From positions 62,001 through 126,000 of IMG/VR virus record IMGVR_UViG_3300021959_006017: DNA of 64,000 bases. The stretch is one strand, 5' to 3'. Both the position numbers and the translations under genes were made by a program. The notes under the pieces are model-generated. The model had not been told where the DNA came from and searched no databases. It saw only the letters and a list, made by a program, of their open reading frames with translations. Shown piece after piece: positions 18,873 to 28,165 of this stretch (its first letter is position 1; each line of letters starts with the position of its first letter).

Positions 18873-19142
18873 TTAAACTAGCGGCACTAATATGTCTTTT
18901 ACACTGTCTATAATATTATGTGCGCAGTTGTCAGTAGCAAAGCCCTCCTCCGCTGCAAAGTCAATACTGCTGCTACACATAATAGTGTCTGTAAGCATAT
19001 TAATATTATATTGCGTAAACACTTGTAGTAGCTGCTGTGCTGTTTGCACAGTTGTTGCGACAACAACATTATTTACATGCACAACAATGCATGCGTTTTC
19101 AGCAGTTAAAAATACGTAGTTGTTTGTTTTTGTAGTTTGCAT
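18873..19142 (-). CDS. hypothetical early protein, paralog A (SSxDFAxEEGF motif)
   Basis: Aligns by eye with 19256-19486. Confidence 0.75.
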   Translation of the reverse strand: MQTTKTNNYVFLTAENACIVVHVNNVVVATTVQTAQQLLQVFTQYNINMLTDTIMCSSSIDFAAEEGFATDNCAHNIIDSVKDILVPLV

Positions 19143-19255
19143 ATTAAAGCCCTTATGCTGTTTACGTTATGTATACACTATAGCACACACAGCAGCAACT
19201 GTCAAGCGAAAAATGCACTGTGCGCAAACTTTTTTTAAACGAGACGAAAAGGACG

Positions 19256-19486
19256 CTACAACAGTTGCAGTGCGTCCTCTATTAATGCATGCGCAGCATC
19301 ATCGCTGCTAAAGCCTTCTTCACTTGCAAAGTCTACGTCACTGCTGTGCATTAGCCTGTCTGCTAGTGTAACGTTGTGCTTGCGTAGCAGTGCTGCTAAG
19401 TCTGCTGCACTATTAGCCCAGCCTACTTGCTGTTGTTCAATGCTTACGCTGATGCCCGCTTGTTCTGCGTTAAAAAATACAAACAT
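19256..19486 (-). CDS. hypothetical early protein, paralog B (SSxDFAxEEGF motif)
   Basis: Aligns by eye with 18873-19142. Confidence 0.75.
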   Translation of the reverse strand: MFVFFNAEQAGISVSIEQQQVGWANSAADLAALLRKHNVTLADRLMHSSDVDFASEEGFSSDDAAHALIEDALQLL

Positions 19487-19579
19487 GTTAGCCCTCTTGC
19501 TTTGTTAACTTATACATACACTATACTACACACACTAGCAGTTGTCAACTAAAAAATGCTAGTGTGTGCAAGTTTTTTA

Positions 19580-19843
19580 TTAGCCGTCGTACTTAACGCC
19601 TACCAAACGCAAGTAGCGTCCGTTGTTTGTATTGTGTACTCGCTCACAGCCAGTTACAATCTTAAGCCAAGTGCATTCGCCTTCTGTAAACTTGTCTCCA
19701 AGTATTGCGTAGCACAAGTTGCGTCTGTCTGCAACATCCTCTTTGTTCTTTTGCACAACGTTCGTCCAAGTGCGCCACACACCTGTGTTTTTGCCTTTAA
19801 TCATTGCGTTTAAAATGCTGCGTGTTTGTTTTGTGTTAAGCAT
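19580..19843 (-). CDS. hypothetical early protein
   Basis: Start reset to MLNTKQ (GAGGG RBS). Confidence 0.65.
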   Translation of the reverse strand: MLNTKQTRSILNAMIKGKNTGVWRTWTNVVQKNKEDVADRRNLCYAILGDKFTEGECTWLKIVTGCERVHNTNNGRYLRLVGVKYDG

Positions 19844-20005
19844 GTTTCCCTCATTGCTTGTTACGTTATACATTTAATATAACACAGTTGCACATAAATG
19901 CAAGTGCAACTGTGTATAGTTTAGCTATACTTTAGTATAGCAGCTCTCATAGCAGCGGGGCCAGCTGTAGTGTAGTACTACAGCACCCAGTTGTCAAGTG
20001 TTTTT

Positions 20006-20149
20006 TTAATAATTTTCTGCATCTGCCTCTAAGCAAGTTCCATCTTCGCCTAGCCAAAAGTATTTGTCAAACGCTTTAACAACAACACCTTCAATGTAGT
20101 TGCCTTCTTCCCATTCGCGTTCTTCTGTAGTAATAACTTCAACTTGCAT
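20006..20149 (-). CDS. hypothetical early protein (47 aa)
   Basis: Manual translation MQVEVITTEEREWEEG...; promoter and RBS. Confidence 0.6.
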   Translation of the reverse strand: MQVEVITTEEREWEEGNYIEGVVVKAFDKYFWLGEDGTCLEADAENY

Positions 20150-20243
20150 ATTTGCCCTCATGCTTGTTACGTTTTAGTATGTGTATACTATAGCACAAGC
20201 AGCGCACTTTGTCAAGTACTAAATGCGCTGCTTGCAAATTAAT

Positions 20244-20705
20244 TTATGCGTCCTCAAGCACTATGTTATGTGCTGTAAGCATTTCCTCCGCTATTGCATT
20301 AGCGTCATAGCTCGCACGTCCCACATCCTGCATGCCCCACTCACTAGTGCATACGTCCTCCGCTGCTGCTGTGCTAAAGCCGTGCTGCTGTAGTATGCTG
20401 TGCAGCGTGTCGTCAAAACAATGTTCCCAGTAAAACTGTCCCATTGTTTCCGTGTTGTTGTTAGTGTCACTAGTGTCACGCATTAGCATGCTAGTGTTGT
20501 GTACGTAGTTGCTGTCGTCTTCCGCAGCCCAGTTAACAGCTAAGTCCCCGTAGCAGTCTGCATCCGCATACAGCGTAATGCTTTCCACTTTGCGTCCATT
20601 AACTTGCAAGTTTTGCTGTGCTAAGTTAATTTCCAGCACTACGCTGTTGTCTGCGCTTTCAAGTGTTGTTACTGCTTTAACTTTAGTGTTGTTTACGTTT
20701 TGCAT
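20244..20705 (-). CDS. acidic hypothetical early protein (153 aa, no Pro)
   Basis: Promoter and RBS; SEWGMQ motif. Confidence 0.75.
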   Translation of the reverse strand: MQNVNNTKVKAVTTLESADNSVVLEINLAQQNLQVNGRKVESITLYADADCYGDLAVNWAAEDDSNYVHNTSMLMRDTSDTNNNTETMGQFYWEHCFDDTLHSILQQHGFSTAAAEDVCTSEWGMQDVGRASYDANAIAEEMLTAHNIVLEDA

Positions 20706-20773
20706 TTAAAGCCCTCCAAATGCTTGTTTAAGTATACGTACACTATAGCACAAGTGTACGTATTTGTCAAGTA

Positions 20774-20953
20774 TTATTTTACGTTACAGTATGCTTTGTA
20801 ACTGTTAAACATTTTTTCAATGTTAGCTGCTTTAGTGCAGTTGCCTTGCCTGCTGTCTGCTACTAAACGCATACAGTTTTTTTGCAACTGTGCAAAAGTT
20901 GTTACTTGTTGTTTGTAGTACGCAGGCTTTGCGTTTTGTGCGTTATATGCCAT
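20774..20953 (-). CDS. hypothetical early protein (59 aa)
   Basis: Manual translation MAYNAQNAK...; own promoter. Confidence 0.6.
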   Translation of the reverse strand: MAYNAQNAKPAYYKQQVTTFAQLQKNCMRLVADSRQGNCTKAANIEKMFNSYKAYCNVK

Positions 20954-21033
20954 TTTGTAGTGCCCCCTACTGTTTAACTGTGCATACAGTATAACACAAT
21001 ATGCACAGTTGTCAAGTGTTTTTTTAAATTATT

Positions 21034-21246
21034 TTAGTAGCCCCAGTTGTTGTCTACTACGTCATGCACTTCAATACGTGCGTTCTCGTCTAGTTTAAAA
21101 AACGCATTGTCGTATTCTGCGTAGTCTGCGTTAATAGCTGCTAGTTGCTCTACAGCGTCTTCGTAGCTTGCACACACTGCTGCATTTTCGTATGCATATT
21201 CGTCGTCGCCTGTGCCTTGCAGTTGTAGTATGTTTACTTGTAGCAT
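21034..21246 (-). CDS. acidic hypothetical early protein
   Basis: Start reset to MLQVNIL (GAGGGC RBS). Confidence 0.7.
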   Translation of the reverse strand: MLQVNILQLQGTGDDEYAYENAAVCASYEDAVEQLAAINADYAEYDNAFFKLDENARIEVHDVVDNNWGY

Positions 21247-21337
21247 AGTTTGCCCTCTTTGCTTTATTAACTGTACACACAGTATAACCTCACTTGTGCG
21301 TTCTGTCAAGTTCTTTTTGTTCGCCTGTTCTTTCCGT

Positions 21338-21631
21338 TCACGCAGCACATGCGGCATCCACTCGCTGCCCAAGTGTCTCTACCAGTTCAATCCTCTCATC
21401 GTAGTCTAGTGTAGTCTCAAACGGAACATAACCAACATCACCTAGTCGGCCGCCTAGAGTGTCCACATCAATGGAGATAGTATACCCCTCATACAACATG
21501 TAACCGCCTTGAGGTGATCGTATTTGACCTTTAGCCACTACTACACCTTCTATGTAGTAGTCCTTACCGCCTCTAAAGTCATACGCACGGATACGATCAC
21601 CTACACCTGCTAGATTCTGATATTTCAACAT
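21338..21631 (-). CDS. hypothetical early protein (SH3-like)
   Basis: GDRIRAYDF...YIEGVV; own promoter. Confidence 0.7.
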   Translation of the reverse strand: MLKYQNLAGVGDRIRAYDFRGGKDYYIEGVVVAKGQIRSPQGGYMLYEGYTISIDVDTLGGRLGDVGYVPFETTLDYDERIELVETLGQRVDAACAA

Positions 21632-21699
21632 GTGATTTCCCTCTTGGGTTTGCCCTAACTGTTATATACAGTATATGATCTAATGTAGTACTTGTCAAC

Positions 21700-22410
21700 C
21701 ATTATTTTACAAAAGAACAAAAAGATTTCACTTGGCGTGTTGAACACACAAACTGATCAGAGAGGCGAGAAACCAGAAATCAAATACACTATACACTTCA
21801 AAGACTTATACAGTATAGTAGAACCTAAGTCCACACTAGTGTGGTCCTACCGTAGTAGTAGTGTGAACTTAGTAGTGTAAGCCATTGATCTCTATAGTGT
21901 TAGTAGTGTAGACTATAGTAGTGTAGTAGGGAGAGGCCTTTAGGCCGAATGGTTGAACTTCTTGTGCTAAGTCATTGATCTTTAAGGAGAATAACCACCA
22001 TTTACGAGGGGTTTTAGGGCTATGCTACATGCATAGCAGCGGGGCCTTTGTGGCTAAATGTGGCTTTTCTTCATAGTTTTCAAAGGTTTATATAGGATTT
22101 TTGAACCGTTGCTCGAGGTGACGAGAGGCATAGTTCAAATACTTTTACCAATACTATCAATACGTTAGCTACACTACTTACACTACTACTATAGCCTCTC
22201 TTACTAGTGTAGTAGTAGCCTTAGTGTAGATCAGGATCTCTTCCAAAGCCTGGCTTTACAGTGCTTACTTCTCGTTCTACTATAGTGAAACTTGGATCAG
22301 TCTGAGCCACATACTCGTGTGCTTCTTCATAACTGCTAAGAGTTTCTACTACAGTGCCCTCTGAGTTGATTACATCATATAGTTTAATCATCAAGTATTT
22401 ATTTGGTGTG
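21700..22410. repeat. non-coding region with TAGTAGTGT and AAG(T/C)CATTGATCT repeats; candidate origin or genome terminus
   Basis: tagtagtgt x4 within 21854-21925, inverted forms near 22170-22220, aagccattgatct 21880 and aagtcattgatct 21969. Confidence 0.55.
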
Positions 22411-22561
22411 TGCTTACGTGTTAGCAGCGGGGCCTATTGATGTTCTAGGTATTAGATTTTTAGGATTGGTTGCATAACGCTCTGCTATGTGTTTGTTTGA
22501 AGTTCTCAGTGCGAGATATCCCTTGGGTGTGTACACACTATAGTAGTTGCGATTGTTGATC

Positions 22562-22807
22562 TTATGTGCTTGGATCTTCAACATCTGGTGGGGTTGCATC
22601 CGTTATTTTGAATGGGAATGTAGTCGGGGGAGCTGTGTCTTCGAATGTTCTGTGTACTTCGATGCCATAGGCTTGTGCGCAGGCATCCAGTACGACCCAC
22701 AGTGCTTCGCGGGTGTCATCATCAAACTGTTGTTCCACAGCACTTGCTGCTACATTAAGCACAGTCTCCAGTAGTTCTTCAGGTGTAAACTCAACACTCT
22801 TGGTCAT
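22562..22807 (-). CDS. hypothetical protein
   Basis: Start reset to MTKSVEF. Confidence 0.55.
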   Translation of the reverse strand: MTKSVEFTPEELLETVLNVAASAVEQQFDDDTREALWVVLDACAQAYGIEVHRTFEDTAPPTTFPFKITDATPPDVEDPST

Positions 22808-23081
22808 TCCATAGTACCTCATCCCAGTCCCAGCAGTCATCATAACTCACTGTGAATCGCTGTTGGCTAGCAGTGTCTATCACTTCTAGCATACGTTTGT
22901 TTGTGTCACGACGTGCAATAACTCCTAAACCTTCATACACACCCGGAGTACCTGGATGTGCTTGACCCACTGCAAGATTGTGTGCAGTCACGGGTAGGTT
23001 GTCTTTGAGGAAGGTTACAGTTCTAAAACGTGTTGCCCAACTGGTTCCTTGGGGCAGTTCATCTAGTGTAAGCTGTTTCAT
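22791..23081 (-). CDS. hypothetical protein
   Basis: Start reset to MKQLTL; TAAATA 5 nt upstream. Confidence 0.6.
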   Translation of the reverse strand: MKQLTLDELPQGTSWATRFRTVTFLKDNLPVTAHNLAVGQAHPGTPGVYEGLGVIARRDTNKRMLEVIDTASQQRFTVSYDDCWDWDEVLWNDQEC

Positions 23082-23145
23082 ACTAGTATTTATGAGTGTG
23101 CGGCTTGCGATAAATATTTTTGACTTCGGAAAAAGGAGACTTCCC

Positions 23146-23364
23146 ATGAGTACACTAAGAAACATATCGCTCAACTTGGAGTTGGGCCAAACCATTCTAG
23201 TAGGCAAAAACAGAGAACCCGCAGAAATAACCAAGATCGAATATCATCCTAACTCAGGAGAAATAAGTCTCAATACCACAAGAGGACCACGCAAAGCTCT
23301 TACGTTTTGTTTGGCAGCAGGCGAAGATGATGAGTTCGCAAACCCCGCAGATCGCTATCGCTAG
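23146..23364 (+). CDS. hypothetical protein
   Basis: AGGAG RBS, late motif upstream. Confidence 0.65.
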   Translation: MSTLRNISLNLELGQTILVGKNREPAEITKIEYHPNSGEISLNTTRGPRKALTFCLAAGEDDEFANPADRYR

Positions 23365-23378
23365 TGCTAAATATATAC

Positions 23379-23627
23379 ATGAGAGTAGATGAAGTACTAA
23401 CAGACGAACAAGATATCCTAGACTGGCAGGCCAGTCGAAGCCTTTGTACCAGCAGCAAGCCCGACTCGGCGCTAGGATCCAGCGCACTCGCTTCATGCAA
23501 GAGCCAAGGCTACCGACGTAGGGATGGAAACAAGTCGCACAAAGTAGGCCCTAACAAACGTGTTAAGGTTGGCGGCAAAAAGATCAAGGGTAAGAAATAT
23601 GGCGGACCGCTTCCAGACTGGAGTTAG
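23379..23627 (+). CDS. small basic protein, possible head-internal protein
   Basis: MRVDEV N-terminus, Lys/Gly-rich C-terminus. Confidence 0.6.
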   Translation: MRVDEVLTDEQDILDWQASRSLCTSSKPDSALGSSALASCKSQGYRRRDGNKSHKVGPNKRVKVGGKKIKGKKYGGPLPDWS

Positions 23628-24132
23628 AAAGGGCGACCTATTAGTTGCCACACCCAAGCTGAACAGTTTGCCTTGGAGACGCTCAGTTGTACTTGTTACA
23701 GAAAGCTCTCCCAGGACTGTTATGGGTACTATACTAAACCGTCCTACTATGATGACCACCGAAGATGTTACTGACAGAGCACTAAGGCGCACACAGGTAT
23801 ACATGGGTGGTCCTATATCAACGCAGGCACTTTTCATGCTGCATACCTCAGATTTTACTAGCTCTAACACACTCACAGTGGACAAGCGTTGGGCGATCTC
23901 AAGTGATGATTTTATGTTTGACAAACTGGCAGCAGGCAACGAACCTGCTTGGTATAGATTTTATATGGGTGCTGCAGGATGGCATCCACAGCAGTTAGAA
24001 CATGAAATAGCCCAGGGAGCATGGTTGAGATTAGAAGACCCAAGCTGGGAGTGTGTAACAGGTGATGCAACAGATCAGTGGCAGGCCTGCATAGATACTC
24101 TTAGCCAGAACATGTTCTCAGACTATATCTAA
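23599..24132 (+). CDS. YqgE/AlgH (DUF179) family protein
   Basis: LLVATP, RSVVLV, GTILNRP, YMGGP, YMGAAGWHPQQLEHEI..W. Confidence 0.85.
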   Translation: MADRFQTGVRKGDLLVATPKLNSLPWRRSVVLVTESSPRTVMGTILNRPTMMTTEDVTDRALRRTQVYMGGPISTQALFMLHTSDFTSSNTLTVDKRWAISSDDFMFDKLAAGNEPAWYRFYMGAAGWHPQQLEHEIAQGAWLRLEDPSWECVTGDATDQWQACIDTLSQNMFSDYI

Positions 24133-24160
24133 CTGTTAAGTATACAACCGGAGAACAACT

Positions 24161-24502
24161 ATGTTTAAGAAACTAGCCTTATCTATCGTTGCCGGGCTAG
24201 TTTGCGCAACCAACATAGCCCTAGCAGCAGACCCTTTACCTCTAGCAACTGTACAATGGTGTGAACCAGAGAGCGGCAAGATGTTTGATATGGTACAGAA
24301 CAAGTATGGTGAAATACCATTCATACAAGGAAGTGCAAGTGTGCAAACCACGCAAGGTCCTTGGCTTAAAGGTGACTTTTATATGCTGATCAACCCTGAA
24401 AGCAAGACGTTCAGCATAATACTTGTAGACCCACAGACAGGCCTAGAATGCCTATGGCTAGCAGGAGGCGATGTTGTACCTAGCGTAGGAGATGGCATAT
24501 GA
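24161..24502 (+). CDS. exported hypothetical protein
   Basis: Signal peptide, two Cys. Confidence 0.65.
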   Translation: MFKKLALSIVAGLVCATNIALAADPLPLATVQWCEPESGKMFDMVQNKYGEIPFIQGSASVQTTQGPWLKGDFYMLINPESKTFSIILVDPQTGLECLWLAGGDVVPSVGDGI

Positions 24503-24744
24503 AATGGTTTATATATGTGATTATGATGGGCATGTACTCAGACGGTACGCAAGACACTTATCTCTATACTGAGCCTACACTACCTACACTAGAAGAATGC
24601 CAAGCCTACGTGTACAACAACAGCAGTGTGATTCGTATGGACATGATGACGGAGTTTGATGGCAAACAAGTAGAACGTGTGTTCTGCATAGAAGAAGAAA
24701 AATTCAAACAGTTTTTAGAACAGTCACAAGGAACAGAAGCATGA
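24499..24744 (+). CDS. small exported hypothetical protein
   Basis: Hydrophobic N-terminus, EECQ...FCI; resembles the next ORF. Confidence 0.6.
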   Translation: MKWFIYVIMMGMYSDGTQDTYLYTEPTLPTLEECQAYVYNNSSVIRMDMMTEFDGKQVERVFCIEEEKFKQFLEQSQGTEA

Positions 24745-24929
24745 AATGGATGTTGGTTGTTATAGGTATTATGAATGGTACTCCCGAAGTGTCAAACGAA
24801 GGCGTGTATGAAACTATGTCACACTGCTTCTTTGCAAGAGAAGCAATCATCTGGGATCTATTTATGAACCCAGATGGACAACCACCCACAAACTTCCAAG
24901 TGGTGTGTATACCTACAGATAAATATTAA
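24741..24929 (+). CDS. small exported hypothetical protein
   Basis: MKW N-terminus, SHC...VCIP. Confidence 0.6.
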   Translation: MKWMLVVIGIMNGTPEVSNEGVYETMSHCFFAREAIIWDLFMNPDGQPPTNFQVVCIPTDKY

Positions 24930-24953
24930 TAGCAACACGAAGAGGACGTAACT

Positions 24954-25466
24954 GTGAGCCATACACTATTGCTCAATGCAGACGCACAACCAGTTTCATA
25001 CTTGCCCTTGTCCGCGATTCAGTGGAAAGAATCTATCACATACCTTTGGTTAGATAAAGTTACAGTACTAGAATGGTATGACGATTGGATAGTGCGCAGC
25101 GCCAGTTGGGAAACTAGAGTTCCTGCGGTTATTATGCTCAAAGAAATGCAACGGCGACGGCGCAAGCCTAGATTCTCTAAAACCAATCTATACGTTCGCG
25201 ACGTTTATACCTGCCAATACTGTAACACACCCTACACCCGAAACAACCTTACTCTAGATCATGTCATACCTATTTCCAAAGGTGGCCGCACCAACTGGGA
25301 AAACATTGTAGCCGCTTGTGGCCCTTGTAATACACGCAAAGGAAACAAAACGCATATGAAGCCTATCAAAGCCCCATATGCGCCAGATTATTATGATCTT
25401 GTAAACAAGCGTAAGCAACTAGACATGCACATAGCACACCCTAGTTGGGAAGCCTACCTAGCGTAG
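24954..25466 (+). CDS. HNH endonuclease
   Basis: RDVYTCQYC, TLDHVIPISKGG, WENIVAACGPCNTRKG. Confidence 0.92.
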   Translation: MSHTLLLNADAQPVSYLPLSAIQWKESITYLWLDKVTVLEWYDDWIVRSASWETRVPAVIMLKEMQRRRRKPRFSKTNLYVRDVYTCQYCNTPYTRNNLTLDHVIPISKGGRTNWENIVAACGPCNTRKGNKTHMKPIKAPYAPDYYDLVNKRKQLDMHIAHPSWEAYLA

Positions 25467-25874
25467 CCACCCTATCTTTTTACCTAACTTAGTACGCTTT
25501 TCGTGTTCTGCAACTGTACCTGGAAATCTCCAAGCCCAGATGGCTACCAGCAACATGAAACCACCGCTCCAGGCGACTGCTTTGATATTGCCAGTGGTGA
25601 ACCAAAGGAATGCTAACGAGGACGACATTACTATCACCATCGCATACTTGCCTTTGGTAGGAAATACTCTTTTCTGTACCCAGTTAGTTAGGAATGGGCC
25701 AAAGTATTTGTGATTGTATAACCAATCGTGCATCTTCTTGTTGCTCTTTGCAAAACAATATGCTGCAAACACAAGGAAGATACTAAATGGAATACCCGGA
25801 ACGACTACGCCGATGTATGCCATGCCTAAAGATAGGAAGCCAAGTCCCATCCACACGTATTTTTTAATATTCAT
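25458..25874 (-). CDS. YbaN (DUF454) family membrane protein
   Basis: GVVVPGIP...[23 protein letters not shown]. Confidence 0.85.
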   Translation of the reverse strand: MNIKKYVWMGLGFLSLGMAYIGVVVPGIPFSIFLVFAAYCFAKSNKKMHDWLYNHKYFGPFLTNWVQKRVFPTKGKYAMVIVMSSSLAFLWFTTGNIKAVAWSGGFMLLVAIWAWRFPGTVAEHEKRTKLGKKIGWLR

Positions 25875-27060
25875 TGAATACCTTTCTAAGTGCCTCTACT
25901 AGGTCACTCATCATCGCATCAGTATGTAGAGGTGTAGGAGCGATGCGTAGCCTCTCTGCACCAACATCCACAGTAGGGTAGTTAATGGGTTGGATGTATA
26001 TCCCATATTCGTCTAACAACCGATCACTCATAGCCTTGCACCGCTTCGCTTCGCGAACCATAACTGGTACAATATGAGTGCTGGCTGCATCGTGAACTTC
26101 TATACCTGCTTCGGTTAACATTCTAGTTAGCGTAGCAGCACGTTCTTGATGTTGTATCCTAAGTTCGTTATGATCCTTAAGATACTTGATAGATGCTAGG
26201 GCACCAGCACAAATAACCGGGCTCATGCTGGTAGTGAATATAAATCCACTGGCTACGCTGCGGATTGCGTCTATGACCGTTCCGTCACCGGCAATGTAGC
26301 CACCCTGTACACCATATGCCTTGCCCAGCGTTCCGTTGATTATATCAACACGGCCTTCCCCTATCTTTTCGCAGTAACCTGCGCCAGTTTCACCGTACAA
26401 TCCTACAGCATGTACTTCGTCTATATAGGTCATCGCACCGTAGCGATTAGCAAGGTCGCAGACTTGAGAAATAGGGCTTACGTCACCATCCATGCTATAC
26501 ACAGATTCAAAGACTATGCAGGGTTTAAGTCCTAGGTTAGTAACTTCCTGTAGTTTCTCTTCCAGGCTGCTCATATCATTGTGAAGCCATATACGTTTCT
26601 CTGCGCCACTGTGTCTAATACCCTGGATTAGTGAAGCATGATTCTTTGAATCTGATAGAAAACATATATCAGGTATGATACGTTTAAGTGCAACCAGTGT
26701 CCATTCATTAGCGACATAAGCACTTGTATACAGTAGAGCAGAAGGTTTTGTATGCAGTCGTGCAAGCTCTAACTCTAGTGCAACGTGATAATGGCTAGTG
26801 CCGCCAATATTTCTTGTACCCCCGCTTCCACTTCCTGTTTGGTCGAGGGCTGTGTGCATGGCATCAATAACAACTTTGTTTTGACCCATGCCTAGATAGT
26901 CGTTGCTACACCAGTTGACAATGTTCTTGATGGCATATGGTCCATACCATATACTCTTAGGAAAGTCACCACGCTCACGAAGAATATCGTTAAACACACG
27001 GTACTTGCCTGTTTGTTTAAGATCATCAATAACTTGTTCAAAGGGAGTTTTGTCTATCAT
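25864..27060 (-). CDS. hemA: 5-aminolevulinate synthase (PLP-dependent, C4 pathway)
   Basis: [65 protein letters not shown]. Confidence 0.95.
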   Translation of the reverse strand: MIDKTPFEQVIDDLKQTGKYRVFNDILRERGDFPKSIWYGPYAIKNIVNWCSNDYLGMGQNKVVIDAMHTALDQTGSGSGGTRNIGGTSHYHVALELELARLHTKPSALLYTSAYVANEWTLVALKRIIPDICFLSDSKNHASLIQGIRHSGAEKRIWLHNDMSSLEEKLQEVTNLGLKPCIVFESVYSMDGDVSPISQVCDLANRYGAMTYIDEVHAVGLYGETGAGYCEKIGEGRVDIINGTLGKAYGVQGGYIAGDGTVIDAIRSVASGFIFTTSMSPVICAGALASIKYLKDHNELRIQHQERAATLTRMLTEAGIEVHDAASTHIVPVMVREAKRCKAMSDRLLDEYGIYIQPINYPTVDVGAERLRIAPTPLHTDAMMSDLVEALRKVFNEY

Positions 27061-27098
27061 GTAGTACTTATACGCTAAATAGTGTATAGGAGTTTAAT

Positions 27099-27386
27099 AT
27101 GAGAGCAACAGACATAGTAAGGCAAGTGCTTGATTTACTAGACGCAGTAGAAGGACAACACGATCTAAAGCCTGAAGTTAAGATTGATGTTCAGCAGAAT
27201 GACGAGCCAGACAATCGTTTCAAACAGATACTAGCAATGATGGACGCAGATAGTTTTGGTCCTCTTGCTAACTCACCTAACGAAGTTGTTGCAGACGTGG
27301 ATGCAGTTACTACACTTGCTGGAGGCGGAGTAAATGGTCCAAAGCACGTAGATGATATTAGAGTTAAAGATCCAAGGGGATACTAA
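27099..27386 (+). CDS. hypothetical late protein
   Basis: Late motif and RBS; GGVNGPKH motif. Confidence 0.65.
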   Translation: MRATDIVRQVLDLLDAVEGQHDLKPEVKIDVQQNDEPDNRFKQILAMMDADSFGPLANSPNEVVADVDAVTTLAGGGVNGPKHVDDIRVKDPRGY

Positions 27387-28162
27387 TGGCAGCTAACGGT
27401 ATATCAACACTGGCAAACAAAAAACTAAGACAGATTGCTAAACTGGAACTAGCAGAAGCAGATCGCATTGCTCGCAATGTTGTAGAGCCTGGACGCTATG
27501 CTGTTACTGAATATGAAATAGATGAACTACCTACACAATATGAAACTGACAACAGTGTTACCGATAACGCAAACTCAGCAGGACTGCTTCCAGGAAGACC
27601 TTGGAGTGCAGTAGATATACCTCCAGCAGACGTTGGTAGCCTTACACTTGCTACTGGTGTATATGAAAGAACATACGATGATTACTTTGGACAGTTAGGT
27701 GCAGGACCATATGATGATCAAGCAACATACACCACAATCATCGTAAACGGTGGCGCAACTATCACAGCAGAAGGAGCCACTTCGAGTATCAGCAGAGTAG
27801 GCACTGTTGCTGAAAGTACAAGTTATACAGCATATGGATACTTCCTAGCACCAGCCTCGGGTACATTTACATTCTATATCAATTCAGACGATGCAAGTTA
27901 TTTGTTTGTAGGTGCCGGTGCTGACATTGCCAATAACATTGACCTAGACAATGCTACAGTCGATAATGGCGGCAGACATGGTGTTAACGAAGAAAGTGGA
28001 TCGTTTGATTTGGTAAGCGGAGAGTACTATAAAATATTTGCAGTGTTTGGCAACGACACAGGACCAGGCACAGCAGAGTTTAGTTATGCTGGACCAAGTA
28101 TTGCTAAGACATCAGACTTCACTGGCAGACTGTTCTACAACACAGCAACCAACGGACATTAA
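27386..28162 (+). CDS. virion protein with PA14-like domain
   Basis: YGYFLAPASGTFTFYINSDDASYLFV...GEYYKI PA14 signature. Confidence 0.7.
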   Translation: MAANGISTLANKKLRQIAKLELAEADRIARNVVEPGRYAVTEYEIDELPTQYETDNSVTDNANSAGLLPGRPWSAVDIPPADVGSLTLATGVYERTYDDYFGQLGAGPYDDQATYTTIIVNGGATITAEGATSSISRVGTVAESTSYTAYGYFLAPASGTFTFYINSDDASYLFVGAGADIANNIDLDNATVDNGGRHGVNEESGSFDLVSGEYYKIFAVFGNDTGPGTAEFSYAGPSIAKTSDFTGRLFYNTATNGH

Positions 28163-28165
28163 TAG

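Larger units (their letters stand above)
17861..21420 (+). other. compositionally anomalous block: + strand nearly devoid of GA and GG
   Basis: Manual scan found about 10 GA and about 8 GG in 3.56 kb. Confidence 0.92.
17850..22434 (+). repeat. dispersed (T)AGCAGCGGGGCC / AGCGGGGCC motif, 4 copies
   Basis: 17850-17858, 19954-19962, 22038-22046, 22426-22434, same orientation. Confidence 0.8.

Noticed and set aside
21800-22400. Stop-codon reassignment suggested by TAG-rich DNA
   Set aside because: Known genes (nrdA, nrdB, hemA, helicase) are full-length in the standard code and TAG, TAA and TGA all terminate ORFs; the region is simply non-coding
26040-26056. GCGAAGC mini-hairpin repeats in hemA
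   Set aside because: Explained by the codons for VREAKR in a conserved coding region
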